Source of the DNA: Muribaculaceae bacterium
GTDB taxonomy: Bacteria; Bacteroidota; Bacteroidia; Bacteroidales; Muribaculaceae
NCBI GenBank assembly: GCA_017555085.1
Contig: JAFZHD010000051.1
Location: forward strand, 5,491-69,490
DNA length: 64,000 nt
Reading direction: 5' to 3'
In this document: piece after piece, positions 27,999-36,804 of the stretch
Numbering within the stretch: the first letter of the stretch is position 1
Layout of the letters: every line of letters starts with the position of its first letter
Made by a program: the position numbers and the translations under genes
The notes under the pieces: model-generated
Told to the model about the DNA's origin: nothing
The model's input: only the letters and a program-made list of their open reading frames with translations
Database searches by the model: none

Positions 27999-28292
27999 AT
28001 GAAAACTCGCATCAAAAACATTGCCCAACGCATAAAATCGTGGCTCGGGAAGTTGTCGTTTCGCACTGGCGTTATCCTCATCGTCATTTGCGTGATGTGC
28101 TACATCATCTCGTTTGCACAAATGCTGTTTCCCATCTCGGCAGCCGCCAAAGGTGTGTTATGGGTAGTGTTCTTTGGCCTCGCCAAGACTTTCCAATACT
28201 CGGCATTGGCCGTGCTGGGCACTACCGGCATAAAGCGAGTTAAAGAATGGTGGAAAAACCGCCGTTCAAATCACAATAAAGCAAACAAATAA
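27999..28292 (+). CDS. Small two-helix membrane protein, unknown function
   Basis: A 97-aa protein from the ATG at 27999, with two hydrophobic helices and a basic C-terminus. The ORF-track start at 27933 would place the promoter inside rpiB. Confidence 0.45.
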   Translation: MKTRIKNIAQRIKSWLGKLSFRTGVILIVICVMCYIISFAQMLFPISAAAKGVLWVVFFGLAKTFQYSALAVLGTTGIKRVKEWWKNRRSNHNKANK

Positions 28293-28308
28293 AAAACATA
28301 TAACCACA

Positions 28309-30951
28309 ATGACATCTAAATTTCTGAAAATATCGCTCGCATGCTTGCTCGCATCCCTCATTTTCATCACCAGCGGTTGCCAAAGCGAAGACGAAAAAAT
28401 CTACAAACGCGACTTTGAAGCTCGCAAAGAATTGCTCAAAGACACTCCCTACCTCAACTTTTTCACCGACACTCTCTCTGACGAGCAGACTCGCGCATTA
28501 CAGTTCTTGTATGCCTACATGCCTCTGCCCGACATCACCGACTATTCTTGCCTGTTCCACATCAACAATGTGAATCTCGCATTGCGCGCCCGTGCCGAAA
28601 TGCCTTGGGGCAAAACCGTTCCCGACCGCGAGTTCATGCACTTTGTGCTACCCTTGCGCGTGAACAACGAAAATCTTGACGAGTGTCGCGAAGTGTTCTT
28701 CAACGAGTTGAAAGACCGCGTGAAAGGTTTATCAATGTATGATGCCGTACTTGAAGTCAACCATTGGTGTCACGAAAAAGTGACCTACACACCCTCCGAC
28801 TCACGCACAAGCGCACCGTTGGCAACCATGTCAACCGCTCACGGACGCTGTGGCGAAGAGTCAACCTTTACCGTATCGGCCTTGCGCGCTGTCGGCATTC
28901 CCGCCCGCCAGGTTTACACTCCCCGCTGGGCTCACACCGATAACAACCACGCATGGGTTGAAGCATGGGTTGACGGACAATGGCATTTCTTGGGCGCATG
29001 CGAACCCGAGCCCGTGCTGAACCTCGGCTGGTTTAACGCCCCTGCATCGCGCGCCATGCTCATGCACACCAATGTGTTTGGCTACTACAACGGCCCCGAA
29101 GAGGTGCTCAACCGCAACGCCTGCTACACCGAAATCAATGTGACTGCCAACTATGCTCCCATAGCCACAACCACTGTTACCGTTGTCGACAGCGACAACA
29201 AAGCCGTTGAAGGCGCAACTGTCGAATTCAAAATCTACAACTACGCCGAATACTACACCGCCGCCACCAAGACAAGCGACAGCAAAGGTCAGGCTTCGCT
29301 CACCACCGGCTGTGGCGATATGCTCGTGTGGGCATCAAAAGACGGCAACTTCGGCTGGGCAGTAGCATCGGCCGGCAAAGATGCCAATGCCACAATCGTG
29401 CTCGACAAAGACGCCCAATACACCGGCGCGACCGACATCAACATCACACCTCCCGCACCACGCAACAACACGCCCCAACTCACACAAGAGCAAATCGACT
29501 TCAACAAAATGCGTTTTGCCTATGAAGACTCGGTGCGCAACGCCTATGTGGCAAGTTTTCCCACCGAAGAATCTATCCGCATGTTAGCCAAGGCCATAGA
29601 CACCGACCCCGAGCAAACAGTCGCCCTCATCAAGCAATCGCGCGGCAACTATGCCACAATGATACGCTTCCTCGCATCGTGTGAGCCTCAACATCGCCAA
29701 CGCGCAATGAAAGTGTTGTTTGAAATGTCTGAAAAAGACCGTCGCGATGTCCCCGCCAAGGTGCTCACCGACCACTCATCGGCATGGTTCTCAACCACCG
29801 ACAACAGCGACTATTATTATACCTATGTACTCAATCCCCGCGTCAGCAACGAGCGACTCACAATCTATCGCAAATTTTTCAACGGCATGATTGATGCCGA
29901 CGACAAAGCCGCCTACAAAGCCAACCCCGAACTGTTGGTAAAATGGTGTCGCGAAAACCTCACTATCGACCAAGAGTGGAATCCACGCCGTTTCTGCATG
30001 TCGCCCATGGGTGTGTGGCGCACACGCATCACCGACCCCCACTCACGCGACATCTTCTTTGTCGCAGTGGCACGCTCATTGGGCATCGCCTCTCGCATCG
30101 ACGAGATTACAGGCAAAACCCAATACACCCTTGACGGCGCAACTTGGACTGATGTGAACTTTGACAACACTGCCGAAGCCGCTCCCGCAGTCGCGCAAGG
30201 CACTCTTACCGTCACTTACACCCCTACCGCCCACCTCGACAATCCATTGTATTACATTCATTTCACTATATCAAAAATAGTTGACGGACAACTCATGTTG
30301 CTCAACTACCCCGAAACAGCAAATTGGGACAACTTGTTGCGCAACGGCACAACACTCGATGCCGGACAGTATATGATCACCACCGGCACACGCATGGCCG
30401 ACGGCAGCGTGTTGAGCAATATCCACATCATCAACATCACCCCTGACACCAACACCGTCATCGACCTCAACATGCGCCACGACAACGACCGCTTACAAGT
30501 TATCGGAGAGTTTAACAGCGAAAGCCTTTTCCACGACCTCGCCACCAACAAGCAACGTTCATTGCTCTCGGCCACCGGTCGCGGTTACTACATACTCGCC
30601 CTCATCGACCCCAACAGCGAGCCGTCAAACCACTTCTTGCGCGACATCGCGCCCTACAAAGACTCATTTGAAAAATGGGGACAAAAAATCGTCTTGCTCT
30701 TTGACGACACAAATGCCGCATCGCGCTTCAACGCCAATGATTTCCCCGGCCTGCCATCAACCATCGTTATGGGCACTGACATCAACGGAAACATTAGCCA
30801 AGCCATCTCATCGGCCATGAAACTCGAAAACAACGGCCGCCCCGTCATCATCGTCGCCGACACCTTCAACCGCATAGTCTTTATCTCACAAGGCTACTCA
30901 ATTGGACTCGGCGAACGCCTCACCAAAATCATCAGCCAACTTAAAGAGTAA
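28309..30951 (+). CDS. Transglutaminase-like cysteine-protease-fold lipoprotein with C-terminal cysteine-less thioredoxin-like domain
   Basis: Lipobox ITSGC. The transglutaminase core shows HGRCGEESTF (Cys) and NHAWVEAWVDGQWHFLGACEP (His, Asp). A middle Ig/CarboxypepD_reg-like segment reads TVTVVDSDNKAVEGATVEF. The C-terminal YYILALIDPNSEPSNHFL...IVLLFDD...RPVIIVADTFNRIVF matches a TlpA-like layout, with SEPSN where WCxxC would be. Confidence 0.75.
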   Translation: MTSKFLKISLACLLASLIFITSGCQSEDEKIYKRDFEARKELLKDTPYLNFFTDTLSDEQTRALQFLYAYMPLPDITDYSCLFHINNVNLALRARAEMPWGKTVPDREFMHFVLPLRVNNENLDECREVFFNELKDRVKGLSMYDAVLEVNHWCHEKVTYTPSDSRTSAPLATMSTAHGRCGEESTFTVSALRAVGIPARQVYTPRWAHTDNNHAWVEAWVDGQWHFLGACEPEPVLNLGWFNAPASRAMLMHTNVFGYYNGPEEVLNRNACYTEINVTANYAPIATTTVTVVDSDNKAVEGATVEFKIYNYAEYYTAATKTSDSKGQASLTTGCGDMLVWASKDGNFGWAVASAGKDANATIVLDKDAQYTGATDINITPPAPRNNTPQLTQEQIDFNKMRFAYEDSVRNAYVASFPTEESIRMLAKAIDTDPEQTVALIKQSRGNYATMIRFLASCEPQHRQRAMKVLFEMSEKDRRDVPAKVLTDHSSAWFSTTDNSDYYYTYVLNPRVSNERLTIYRKFFNGMIDADDKAAYKANPELLVKWCRENLTIDQEWNPRRFCMSPMGVWRTRITDPHSRDIFFVAVARSLGIASRIDEITGKTQYTLDGATWTDVNFDNTAEAAPAVAQGTLTVTYTPTAHLDNPLYYIHFTISKIVDGQLMLLNYPETANWDNLLRNGTTLDAGQYMITTGTRMADGSVLSNIHIINITPDTNTVIDLNMRHDNDRLQVIGEFNSESLFHDLATNKQRSLLSATGRGYYILALIDPNSEPSNHFLRDIAPYKDSFEKWGQKIVLLFDDTNAASRFNANDFPGLPSTIVMGTDINGNISQAISSAMKLENNGRPVIIVADTFNRIVFISQGYSIGLGERLTKIISQLKE

Positions 30952-30972
30952 ATTCCACTCTAATAAACAACA

Positions 30973-31001
30973 AACGGCCGCAATCGCGGCCGTTCTTATT
31001 T
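30973..31001. terminator. Bidirectional intrinsic terminator
   Basis: A perfect 9-bp GC-rich stem, AACGGCCGC (30973-30981) pairing with GCGGCCGTT (30986-30994), with T-rich tracts on both strands. It lies between convergent genes. Confidence 0.75.
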
Positions 31002-31022
31002 AGTGATACTTTAAGGGAACCA

Positions 31023-31865
31023 TTATTTCACCATTTCTTTTCTTGTTGTGCCGTCGCTCATCTTGACGATGTTGACACCCTGTGCCGGCTGACTCAACCT
31101 ACGGCCATAGAGGTCATAACGGCCCTCATCAGTGGCATTGTTATTGTCATTTTTGACACTCTCAATCTTGGTCGCTGGGTTTTCATAAACGACCGTTCCG
31201 TTATCTACAAATCGATAAAACATCGGATAACTCATGTCACATATACAGGGCATATACTGATCCATTGGAGCCAACAAATCACCATAAAGAGAACCGTAAG
31301 GCATAGTTCCGAAATTAGAACCGACAAAACCAATAGATTCTATGAATTGCAACCAATCTATATCATACATAGTCAAACTTTTTTCGCCTAAGTTCAATTT
31401 TGTTGTTTCCACTGTTGCGTCCTTAAAGTAGAAGTTCCATGACTGATCAGGATTTATTATATTGGCAAAATCGTATAATAACACCTCATAACATCCGCTA
31501 TGGTCCATTCCCACAAACTCAGGTTCTTCAATATCATTATAACGATAATCGGGGTTAAATCGAGCGTATACCTTTCGATCCGCAACATCTTCGCGCAAGA
31601 ACGCGCGAGGGATATTGCTTGTCGCTAAGTTCTTATCGTCAAATATATAGAAGCATTTCTTATAATTCATATTTTCAATTAATGTATCACCAATTAATTC
31701 TATCGAATAGGGATAAATCAATTCTACACGTCCGTCATTGTCTTTATAGTCAATGACCTTCAACGCACATTCCCACTTCACGCCCTCTCGAACGAGTGGA
31801 GTGTATTCTTGTGCCATAACCCCAAGACTGCACATCAAAACTAAGAGAGTAAAAATCTTTTTCAT
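31023..31865 (-). CDS. Secreted protein with T9SS C-terminal sorting domain (type A-like), unknown function
   Basis: Signal peptide MKKIFTLLVLMCSLGVMAQE from the ATG at 31865. The C-terminus YDLYGRRLSQPAQGVNIVKMSDGTTRKEMVK resembles a T9SS CTD. The gene is AT-rich (19 of 60 G+C on line 31321-31380). Confidence 0.6.
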   Translation of the reverse strand: MKKIFTLLVLMCSLGVMAQEYTPLVREGVKWECALKVIDYKDNDGRVELIYPYSIELIGDTLIENMNYKKCFYIFDDKNLATSNIPRAFLREDVADRKVYARFNPDYRYNDIEEPEFVGMDHSGCYEVLLYDFANIINPDQSWNFYFKDATVETTKLNLGEKSLTMYDIDWLQFIESIGFVGSNFGTMPYGSLYGDLLAPMDQYMPCICDMSYPMFYRFVDNGTVVYENPATKIESVKNDNNNATDEGRYDLYGRRLSQPAQGVNIVKMSDGTTRKEMVK

Positions 31866-31904
31866 AAGCAAAGTTGATTTTAAGGTTACTAATATGATTT
31901 TCCG

Positions 31905-31936
31905 CAAAAATATAGATTGTTTTTATTATTTCCAAA
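31905..31936 (-). promoter_or_regulatory. Bacteroides-type promoter of the T9SS cargo gene
   Basis: On the minus strand: TTTG (rc of 31933-31936), 20 nt, then TATTTTTG (rc of 31905-31912). It lies 40 nt upstream of the ATG at 31865. Confidence 0.5.
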
Positions 31937-31975
31937 TTTTTTAGTCCACTTTTTTCATAACACATTTTCACAAAC

Positions 31976-31983
31976 GGGGGGGG
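31976..31983. repeat. G8/C8 homopolymer tract
   Basis: GGGGGGGG at 31976-31983 is the only G/C run of 8 or more that I saw in the window. It sits in an AT-rich intergenic region, 40 nt upstream of the cargo-gene -33 box and 68 nt downstream of the HTH gene stop. Confidence 0.95.
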
Positions 31984-32051
31984 CAAAATAACTCTATGTA
32001 TATTAGCGTGTTACCTCGTGCTTATTTTGTTTTTTCAAATTCAAAAGACCT

Positions 32052-32366
32052 CTACAAATCGCAGATATACTCATCCCAATTTTGATATTTATTGCTTACG
32101 TTGGGGAACACTCGCAAATACAGCCGTCGGCGCATATTGGATATCGCACTTTTGGTGCGAGCCATACTTACGGCAATTTCGGTTGGCGTTACACCACATT
32201 TAATGAGCAGACACACCCGATATTGGATTTCGCTCGGTTTGGCTATCCGATAAAGTTGCGACTTAAATAGCGGAAATCGGGTTGTAACCTCACGCTCGAT
32301 TATTGCCCACACATCGTCGCCAATGGGTGCGCCTTGTTGCAAATAGTTGCGGATATTGTCTGTCAT
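32052..32366 (-). CDS. Small LuxR/GerE-type helix-turn-helix regulator
   Basis: A 104-aa protein from the ATG at 32366. The C-terminal PSEIQYRVCLLIKCGVTPTEIAVSMARTKSAISNMRRRLYLRVF fits the GerE HTH pattern. Confidence 0.55.
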   Translation of the reverse strand: MTDNIRNYLQQGAPIGDDVWAIIEREVTTRFPLFKSQLYRIAKPSEIQYRVCLLIKCGVTPTEIAVSMARTKSAISNMRRRLYLRVFPNVSNKYQNWDEYICDL

Positions 32367-32387
32367 TTTTCGGCATTTTTGGTTACG

Positions 32388-32419
32388 CAAATTTATGCCT
32401 GTCGCTTGGCAACTGCAAA
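32388..32419 (-). promoter_or_regulatory. Bacteroides-type promoter of the HTH gene
   Basis: On the minus strand: TTTG (rc of 32416-32419), 20 nt, then TAAATTTG (rc of 32388-32395). It lies 22 nt upstream of the ATG at 32366. Confidence 0.55.
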
Positions 32420-32556
32420 AAATCGGCACTAAAAACATCTTACAGGCAGATATGTAAACGATTGATAATTAGCAGCGTAAGCATGGCACATCAAAAATTT
32501 GTCTTACACTTCCCAAAAGCGAAAAAATTGCAGCATTTTAGGTCTATTTTTGCTTT

Positions 32557-32727
32557 ACCCCCTCCGGCGAAATGCGCCTCGTCCCCCTATTTTTGCAAGC
32601 AAAACAAGGGGACACTTGCTATCGCTCTTGATTCATAATATATCGCAGACTAAATTCTCCCTCTGCCACAAATGCAACGAAGTGAAATGCAGTGGATAGG
32701 GGGAGTACGGCAGAGCCGGGAGGGGGT
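32557..32727. repeat. GC-rich imperfect inverted repeat (about 32-34-nt arms, 105-nt interior) in a non-coding gap
   Basis: Arm A is ACCCCCTCCGGCGAAATGCGCCTCGTCCCCCTAT (32557-32590). Arm B is ATAGGGGGAGTACGGCAGAGCCGGGAGGGGGT (32696-32727). The outer 12 bp (one bulge) and inner 8 bp are complementary, and the interior contains a GCAAG...CTTGC hairpin. Confidence 0.8.
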
Positions 32728-32949
32728 GAGGCAAAACAAATGCTGCTTGTTTCATGTATGCAAGTTTTCAATCCAACCCCTCAGTCGCTCCGTGACAGGT
32801 TATGGCGAGTCTCGCAACCGCGCATTGACAAATTGTCATACATTGCTCGCTCGTACGTGAGCACTTCGTGGTTCCCTATCATAGCAAGGGAGCAATAAAA
32901 AACACAATTTATTTGTCCTTTTGTTATGTCAAGGAATCAACCGAGTGGG

Positions 32950-33684
32950 TTAAATCGCATTTACGATTTGGCGGACTTGGTGCGGGTCGGTTTCCAGGAG
33001 TGTGTATTCGTTGCTGTCGGCAGCGCCCATCGATACTCCGCTGTTGCGATAACGCATTTGGCTGTCGCGAGCGCTACGCGCCGATGCGTGTATTTCGGTG
33101 GCATGTGTCTCATCTAGTATCTGCGCGGCATTTGCAGCGTTCACACCACAGCCGGGCATTATTATGATGCGATTGCGTGCGGCCTCAACAAGTCGGGCTA
33201 TCAATTCACGACCGGCAAATGCAGTGACGGCTTGGCCCGATGTCAGCAGTCGGTTGCAGCCCAATCCTATTATATCTTCAAGTGCCTTTAACGGATTGCG
33301 GCAACGGTCAAAGGCGCGATGAAAGGTTATATTCATTCCCTGCGCAGCGGCAACCAATCGACGACAAACATTCATATCAATATCGCCATCGGCTGTCAAC
33401 GCTCCTATCACTACGCCATCTGCCCCTATGGCGCGTGCTTGCTCTATGTCGCGCACCATGCATGCCACTTCATGCTCATCATAGAGAAAATCGCCTCCTC
33501 GGGGGCGAATGAGCACATGCATTGCCACGCCGTCAACACGACGTGCTTGCTCCATCAGTCCCACCGACGGGGTTATGCCGCCTATTTCGAGCGCAGCACA
33601 CAGTTCGACGCGTGCCGCTCCGCCATCGCGTGCCGCCATAACGCTCTCAACGCTTCCGGCACACACTTCAAGCAATCGTTTCAT
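32950..33684 (-). CDS. cutC: Copper homeostasis protein CutC family
   Basis: A 244-aa TIM-barrel CutC-type protein (LEVCAGSVESV...GAARVELC...GGITPS...ITFHRAFD) with similarity along its whole length. Confidence 0.9.
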   Translation of the reverse strand: MKRLLEVCAGSVESVMAARDGGAARVELCAALEIGGITPSVGLMEQARRVDGVAMHVLIRPRGGDFLYDEHEVACMVRDIEQARAIGADGVVIGALTADGDIDMNVCRRLVAAAQGMNITFHRAFDRCRNPLKALEDIIGLGCNRLLTSGQAVTAFAGRELIARLVEAARNRIIIMPGCGVNAANAAQILDETHATEIHASARSARDSQMRYRNSGVSMGAADSNEYTLLETDPHQVRQIVNAI

Positions 33685-33687
33685 AGG

Positions 33688-34998
33688 TTAGCGTGTTACA
33701 AGTTCTACAATGCAATCAATACCCTCGGGGGCTTTGTCAAACACAAGTTTCACTCCGTTTTTGTCTTGGGTGAATTTCACTTTTGAGCCGTCGGCACGCA
33801 TTGTGGCTTGTTTCACTTTGCATTGGAGTGGCAACACAAGTTGGGTGTCGGCAAGGTCAAAGATGTGAACAAACAATCGGTCGCCCTTGCGGGTGGTTAC
33901 GCCCCACGGCTGTGCCTCGATATCGCCCGCCACGGTGCCATATACGGTCTCGCCGTTGACAGCGAGCCATTGGCCCATTTCTTTCATACGCTCGACTGCA
34001 GTGGCCGGCAACTGACCGTTGGCCTGCGGACCGACATTGAGCAAGAGGTTTGCTCCCTTTCCGGCAGTGCTGACCAAGTAGCGGATGAGCGTTTCGGTCG
34101 ATTTATAGTTTTGGTCAATGAGTTTGTAACCCCACATTCCGTTCATCGTTTGACAAGTTTCCAAGGGCAAACGGCTGATGTCCTGTCCCGAGAGTCCTGC
34201 TTTGTTTTCGCCGGGTATGTCGCGTTCAAAAATCTGAATATCCTCGCCACGATGAGGAGTGATGTGGTGGTTATTACCTATAAGGCACGAGGGTTTTAAA
34301 CTGTGAATCATGGCATACTGCTCATCAAGTTGCCAATCAAAGGGAATGGTGTCTTGGTCGCGGTCCCAATGTCCGTCAAACCATATTGCGCGTATATTGC
34401 CATAGCGAGTGAGCAACTCGGTGAGTTGGCGGTTCATAAAGTCATAATACTGCGGCCAATTTTCCTTGCTGCGGTCGCGGCCAATCACTTTGTTGGCAGT
34501 GCGGCCCATGGGATAGTCGTCACGACCCCAATCGATGTGTGAATAATAGAGGTGTAGTTTTATGTCTTGGCGTTCACACTCATCGGCAAGTTCTTTGAGC
34601 ACATCGCGGCCAAAGGGTGTTGCATCGACAATGTTATAGTCAGACTGCTCGGTGTCCCACATTGAGAAACCGTCGTGATGGCGTGATGTGAAACATATAT
34701 ACTTTGCTCCCGAAGCCTTGATGGCCGACACCCATTCACGGGCATCAAATCGGTGGGGATAAAACGCATCGGCAGCCTTGGCATACTCGCGCTTGTCAAT
34801 AGGATAATTTTGCAAATACCATTCGCCTTGGGCATACATGCTATAAATGCCCCAATGAAGGAATATGCCGAAACGGTCGTTTTCAAACTCTTGGCGCGAC
34901 TGCAAATTTTCGGGCGAAGGTACATATTCTTGTGCCTTTGCAGGCACCAACGCCATTGCCACAACAGCAACAGCCAATATCTTTTTCAATAGGTTCAT
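33688..34998 (-). CDS. Alpha-L-fucosidase, GH29
   Basis: Signal peptide, then FGIFLHWGIYS, YICFTSRHHDGFSMWDT and WFDG motifs. 436 aa. Confidence 0.9.
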   Translation of the reverse strand: MNLLKKILAVAVVAMALVPAKAQEYVPSPENLQSRQEFENDRFGIFLHWGIYSMYAQGEWYLQNYPIDKREYAKAADAFYPHRFDAREWVSAIKASGAKYICFTSRHHDGFSMWDTEQSDYNIVDATPFGRDVLKELADECERQDIKLHLYYSHIDWGRDDYPMGRTANKVIGRDRSKENWPQYYDFMNRQLTELLTRYGNIRAIWFDGHWDRDQDTIPFDWQLDEQYAMIHSLKPSCLIGNNHHITPHRGEDIQIFERDIPGENKAGLSGQDISRLPLETCQTMNGMWGYKLIDQNYKSTETLIRYLVSTAGKGANLLLNVGPQANGQLPATAVERMKEMGQWLAVNGETVYGTVAGDIEAQPWGVTTRKGDRLFVHIFDLADTQLVLPLQCKVKQATMRADGSKVKFTQDKNGVKLVFDKAPEGIDCIVELVTR

Positions 34999-35031
34999 AA
35001 TCTTAACTATTTAATGTTTTTCGGCATTCGG

Positions 35032-35868
35032 TTAAATCATCGCTCCCGCATGGGTGCATACTTCGGCCGCCCAATCAACTGCGATGCGATGGGCTTCGGC
35101 AACGTCTTTGCCCCTAATCGTTGATACCACATAGGCTGATGCGAATGCATCGCCGGCGCCGATAGTGTCAACCACATTAACGCGAGGCGTGGGCAAATAA
35201 GATGTACCCTCATCGGTGTGAATGTAACTGCCATAAGCGCCACAAGTGACAATAACAGTTTTGAGCGAATAGCGTTGCATGAGTTCACGACAGGGGTTAT
35301 TGCCCAAGTCGAGCAACTCCGACACGGCGATTAATTCCTCATCGTTGATTTTGAGCGTATCACACAAGAGCAACGACTGTTCAATGATGTCGCGGTCATA
35401 GTAATGCTGACGCAGATTTATGTCAAAAATGCGAATGCAATCGTCGGGGGTGTTCTCAACAAATTTCACAATGGTCTGACGCGAAACCTCATTGCGCTGT
35501 GCAAGCGTTCCCCAACACACTGCCACCGCTTTCGTGGCACAATCGTGAAGCTCGGGAGTATATTCGATATAGTCCCAAGCCGAGTTTTCAACAATGTCGT
35601 AGGCGGGTATTCCTTGCACATCAAGCGCGACATTCACCAAGCCCGTGGGGTGGTCGTTGCGCTGCAAACAATGATTGATATTGTGAGAGTTGATAGTGTC
35701 TATGAGTTGGTCTCCTTCGGCATCGGCGCCGATGGCGCTGATAAAGACCGAAGACTGACCTAACACGGCTGCATTGTGGGCAAAATTGGCAGGTGCTCCG
35801 CCCGGCATTTTGCCCGACGGAAGCATATCCCACAGGATTTCGCCTATCCCCACTAAATAGCGGCACAT
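35032..35868 (-). CDS. PfkB-family carbohydrate kinase (fructokinase-like)
   Basis: GGAPANFA near the N-terminus and DTIGAGDAF near the C-terminus. 278 aa. Confidence 0.85.
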   Translation of the reverse strand: MCRYLVGIGEILWDMLPSGKMPGGAPANFAHNAAVLGQSSVFISAIGADAEGDQLIDTINSHNINHCLQRNDHPTGLVNVALDVQGIPAYDIVENSAWDYIEYTPELHDCATKAVAVCWGTLAQRNEVSRQTIVKFVENTPDDCIRIFDINLRQHYYDRDIIEQSLLLCDTLKINDEELIAVSELLDLGNNPCRELMQRYSLKTVIVTCGAYGSYIHTDEGTSYLPTPRVNVVDTIGAGDAFASAYVVSTIRGKDVAEAHRIAVDWAAEVCTHAGAMI

Positions 35869-35878
35869 GATAGTATTT

Positions 35879-36802
35879 TTATTTCACCATTTTGGCAAAC
35901 GATGCCGGAATGGGAGTTGTGAAGTTCATTTCTTTGCGCGTGATGGGATGCACAAAGCGCAATGTCTGTGCATGGAGCGCAAGGCGGTGAATGGGGCTTG
36001 ATTTGGCGCCATACTTGCGGTCGCCGGCAATGGGGTGGCCCAAATCTTTCATGTGAACACGAATCTGATTTTTGCGGCCTGTGTCAAGTTCCACTTCGAG
36101 CAATGAGTATCCGTTGCGAATTTGAAGTGTGCGATAGCGAGTCACCGCGAGTTGACCTTCATCGGGGTTTTGTGTCGAGTAAACCTCAAACTGTGAAGTC
36201 TCGGCAAGATAACTCTGAATTGTGCCTTCTTCCTGCTCTACGCGACCTTCAACCACGGCAAGATACTTGCGATTGAGCACCATATTGTTCCAATTGTGCT
36301 GCATGGTTTCTTTGGCCTCCTCGTTTTTGGCAAACATCATCAAGCCCGATGTGTCGCGGTCGAGACGGTGCACAATAAAGAGTTTTGAGCGGGGGTCGTG
36401 CCATTTGATATAGTCGCGCACAATCGAATAGGCTGTGCCGTCCTTGATGCGGTCGGTACCCATCGACAACAAACCATAACCCTTGTTGATGACAATGATA
36501 TCATCGTCTTCATACACTAACTGCACTCGGCGGTGATAGAAGATGCGAAACTCGCGAGTGAGATTCACTTTCACGACATCGCGGGGTGTCAACGCACGGT
36601 CAAATTGCGTTACAGGCACATTGTTGACCGCAACCTGATTGTGTTTGAGGTATTCTTTGATTGTAGTGCGTTTGCGCTCGGGCATCGACTCAATGAGAAA
36701 CGCGAGCAAAGTGGTGTCGTTTTGAGGCTGATAGGTCTCAATCACATCGGGCGTGAACTTTTGTCGCGCCGCGCCGGGTTTGTGGGGCTGTCGTTTCTTC
36801 AT
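35879..36802 (-). CDS. RluA-family pseudouridine synthase with N-terminal S4-like domain
   Basis: Catalytic HRLDRDTSGL motif, with GRKNQIRVH near the C-terminus. Confidence 0.9.
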   Translation of the reverse strand: MKKRQPHKPGAARQKFTPDVIETYQPQNDTTLLAFLIESMPERKRTTIKEYLKHNQVAVNNVPVTQFDRALTPRDVVKVNLTREFRIFYHRRVQLVYEDDDIIVINKGYGLLSMGTDRIKDGTAYSIVRDYIKWHDPRSKLFIVHRLDRDTSGLMMFAKNEEAKETMQHNWNNMVLNRKYLAVVEGRVEQEEGTIQSYLAETSQFEVYSTQNPDEGQLAVTRYRTLQIRNGYSLLEVELDTGRKNQIRVHMKDLGHPIAGDRKYGAKSSPIHRLALHAQTLRFVHPITRKEMNFTTPIPASFAKMVK

Positions 36803-36804
36803 CG

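Noticed and set aside
31908-31986. Upstream extensions of the T9SS cargo ORF (start at 31907) and the overlapping 78-aa ORF 31750-31986
   Set aside because: A consensus promoter at 31905-31936 overlaps the longer start. The signal peptide begins at the ATG at 31865. The 78-aa ORF lies in another frame of the same strand and has no support.
32303-32898. Several 62-111-aa ORFs in the gap between the HTH gene and cutC
   Set aside because: They overlap one another in different frames, include non-ATG starts, and give low-complexity or odd compositions. One overlaps the HTH gene and its promoter. I treat the region as non-coding.
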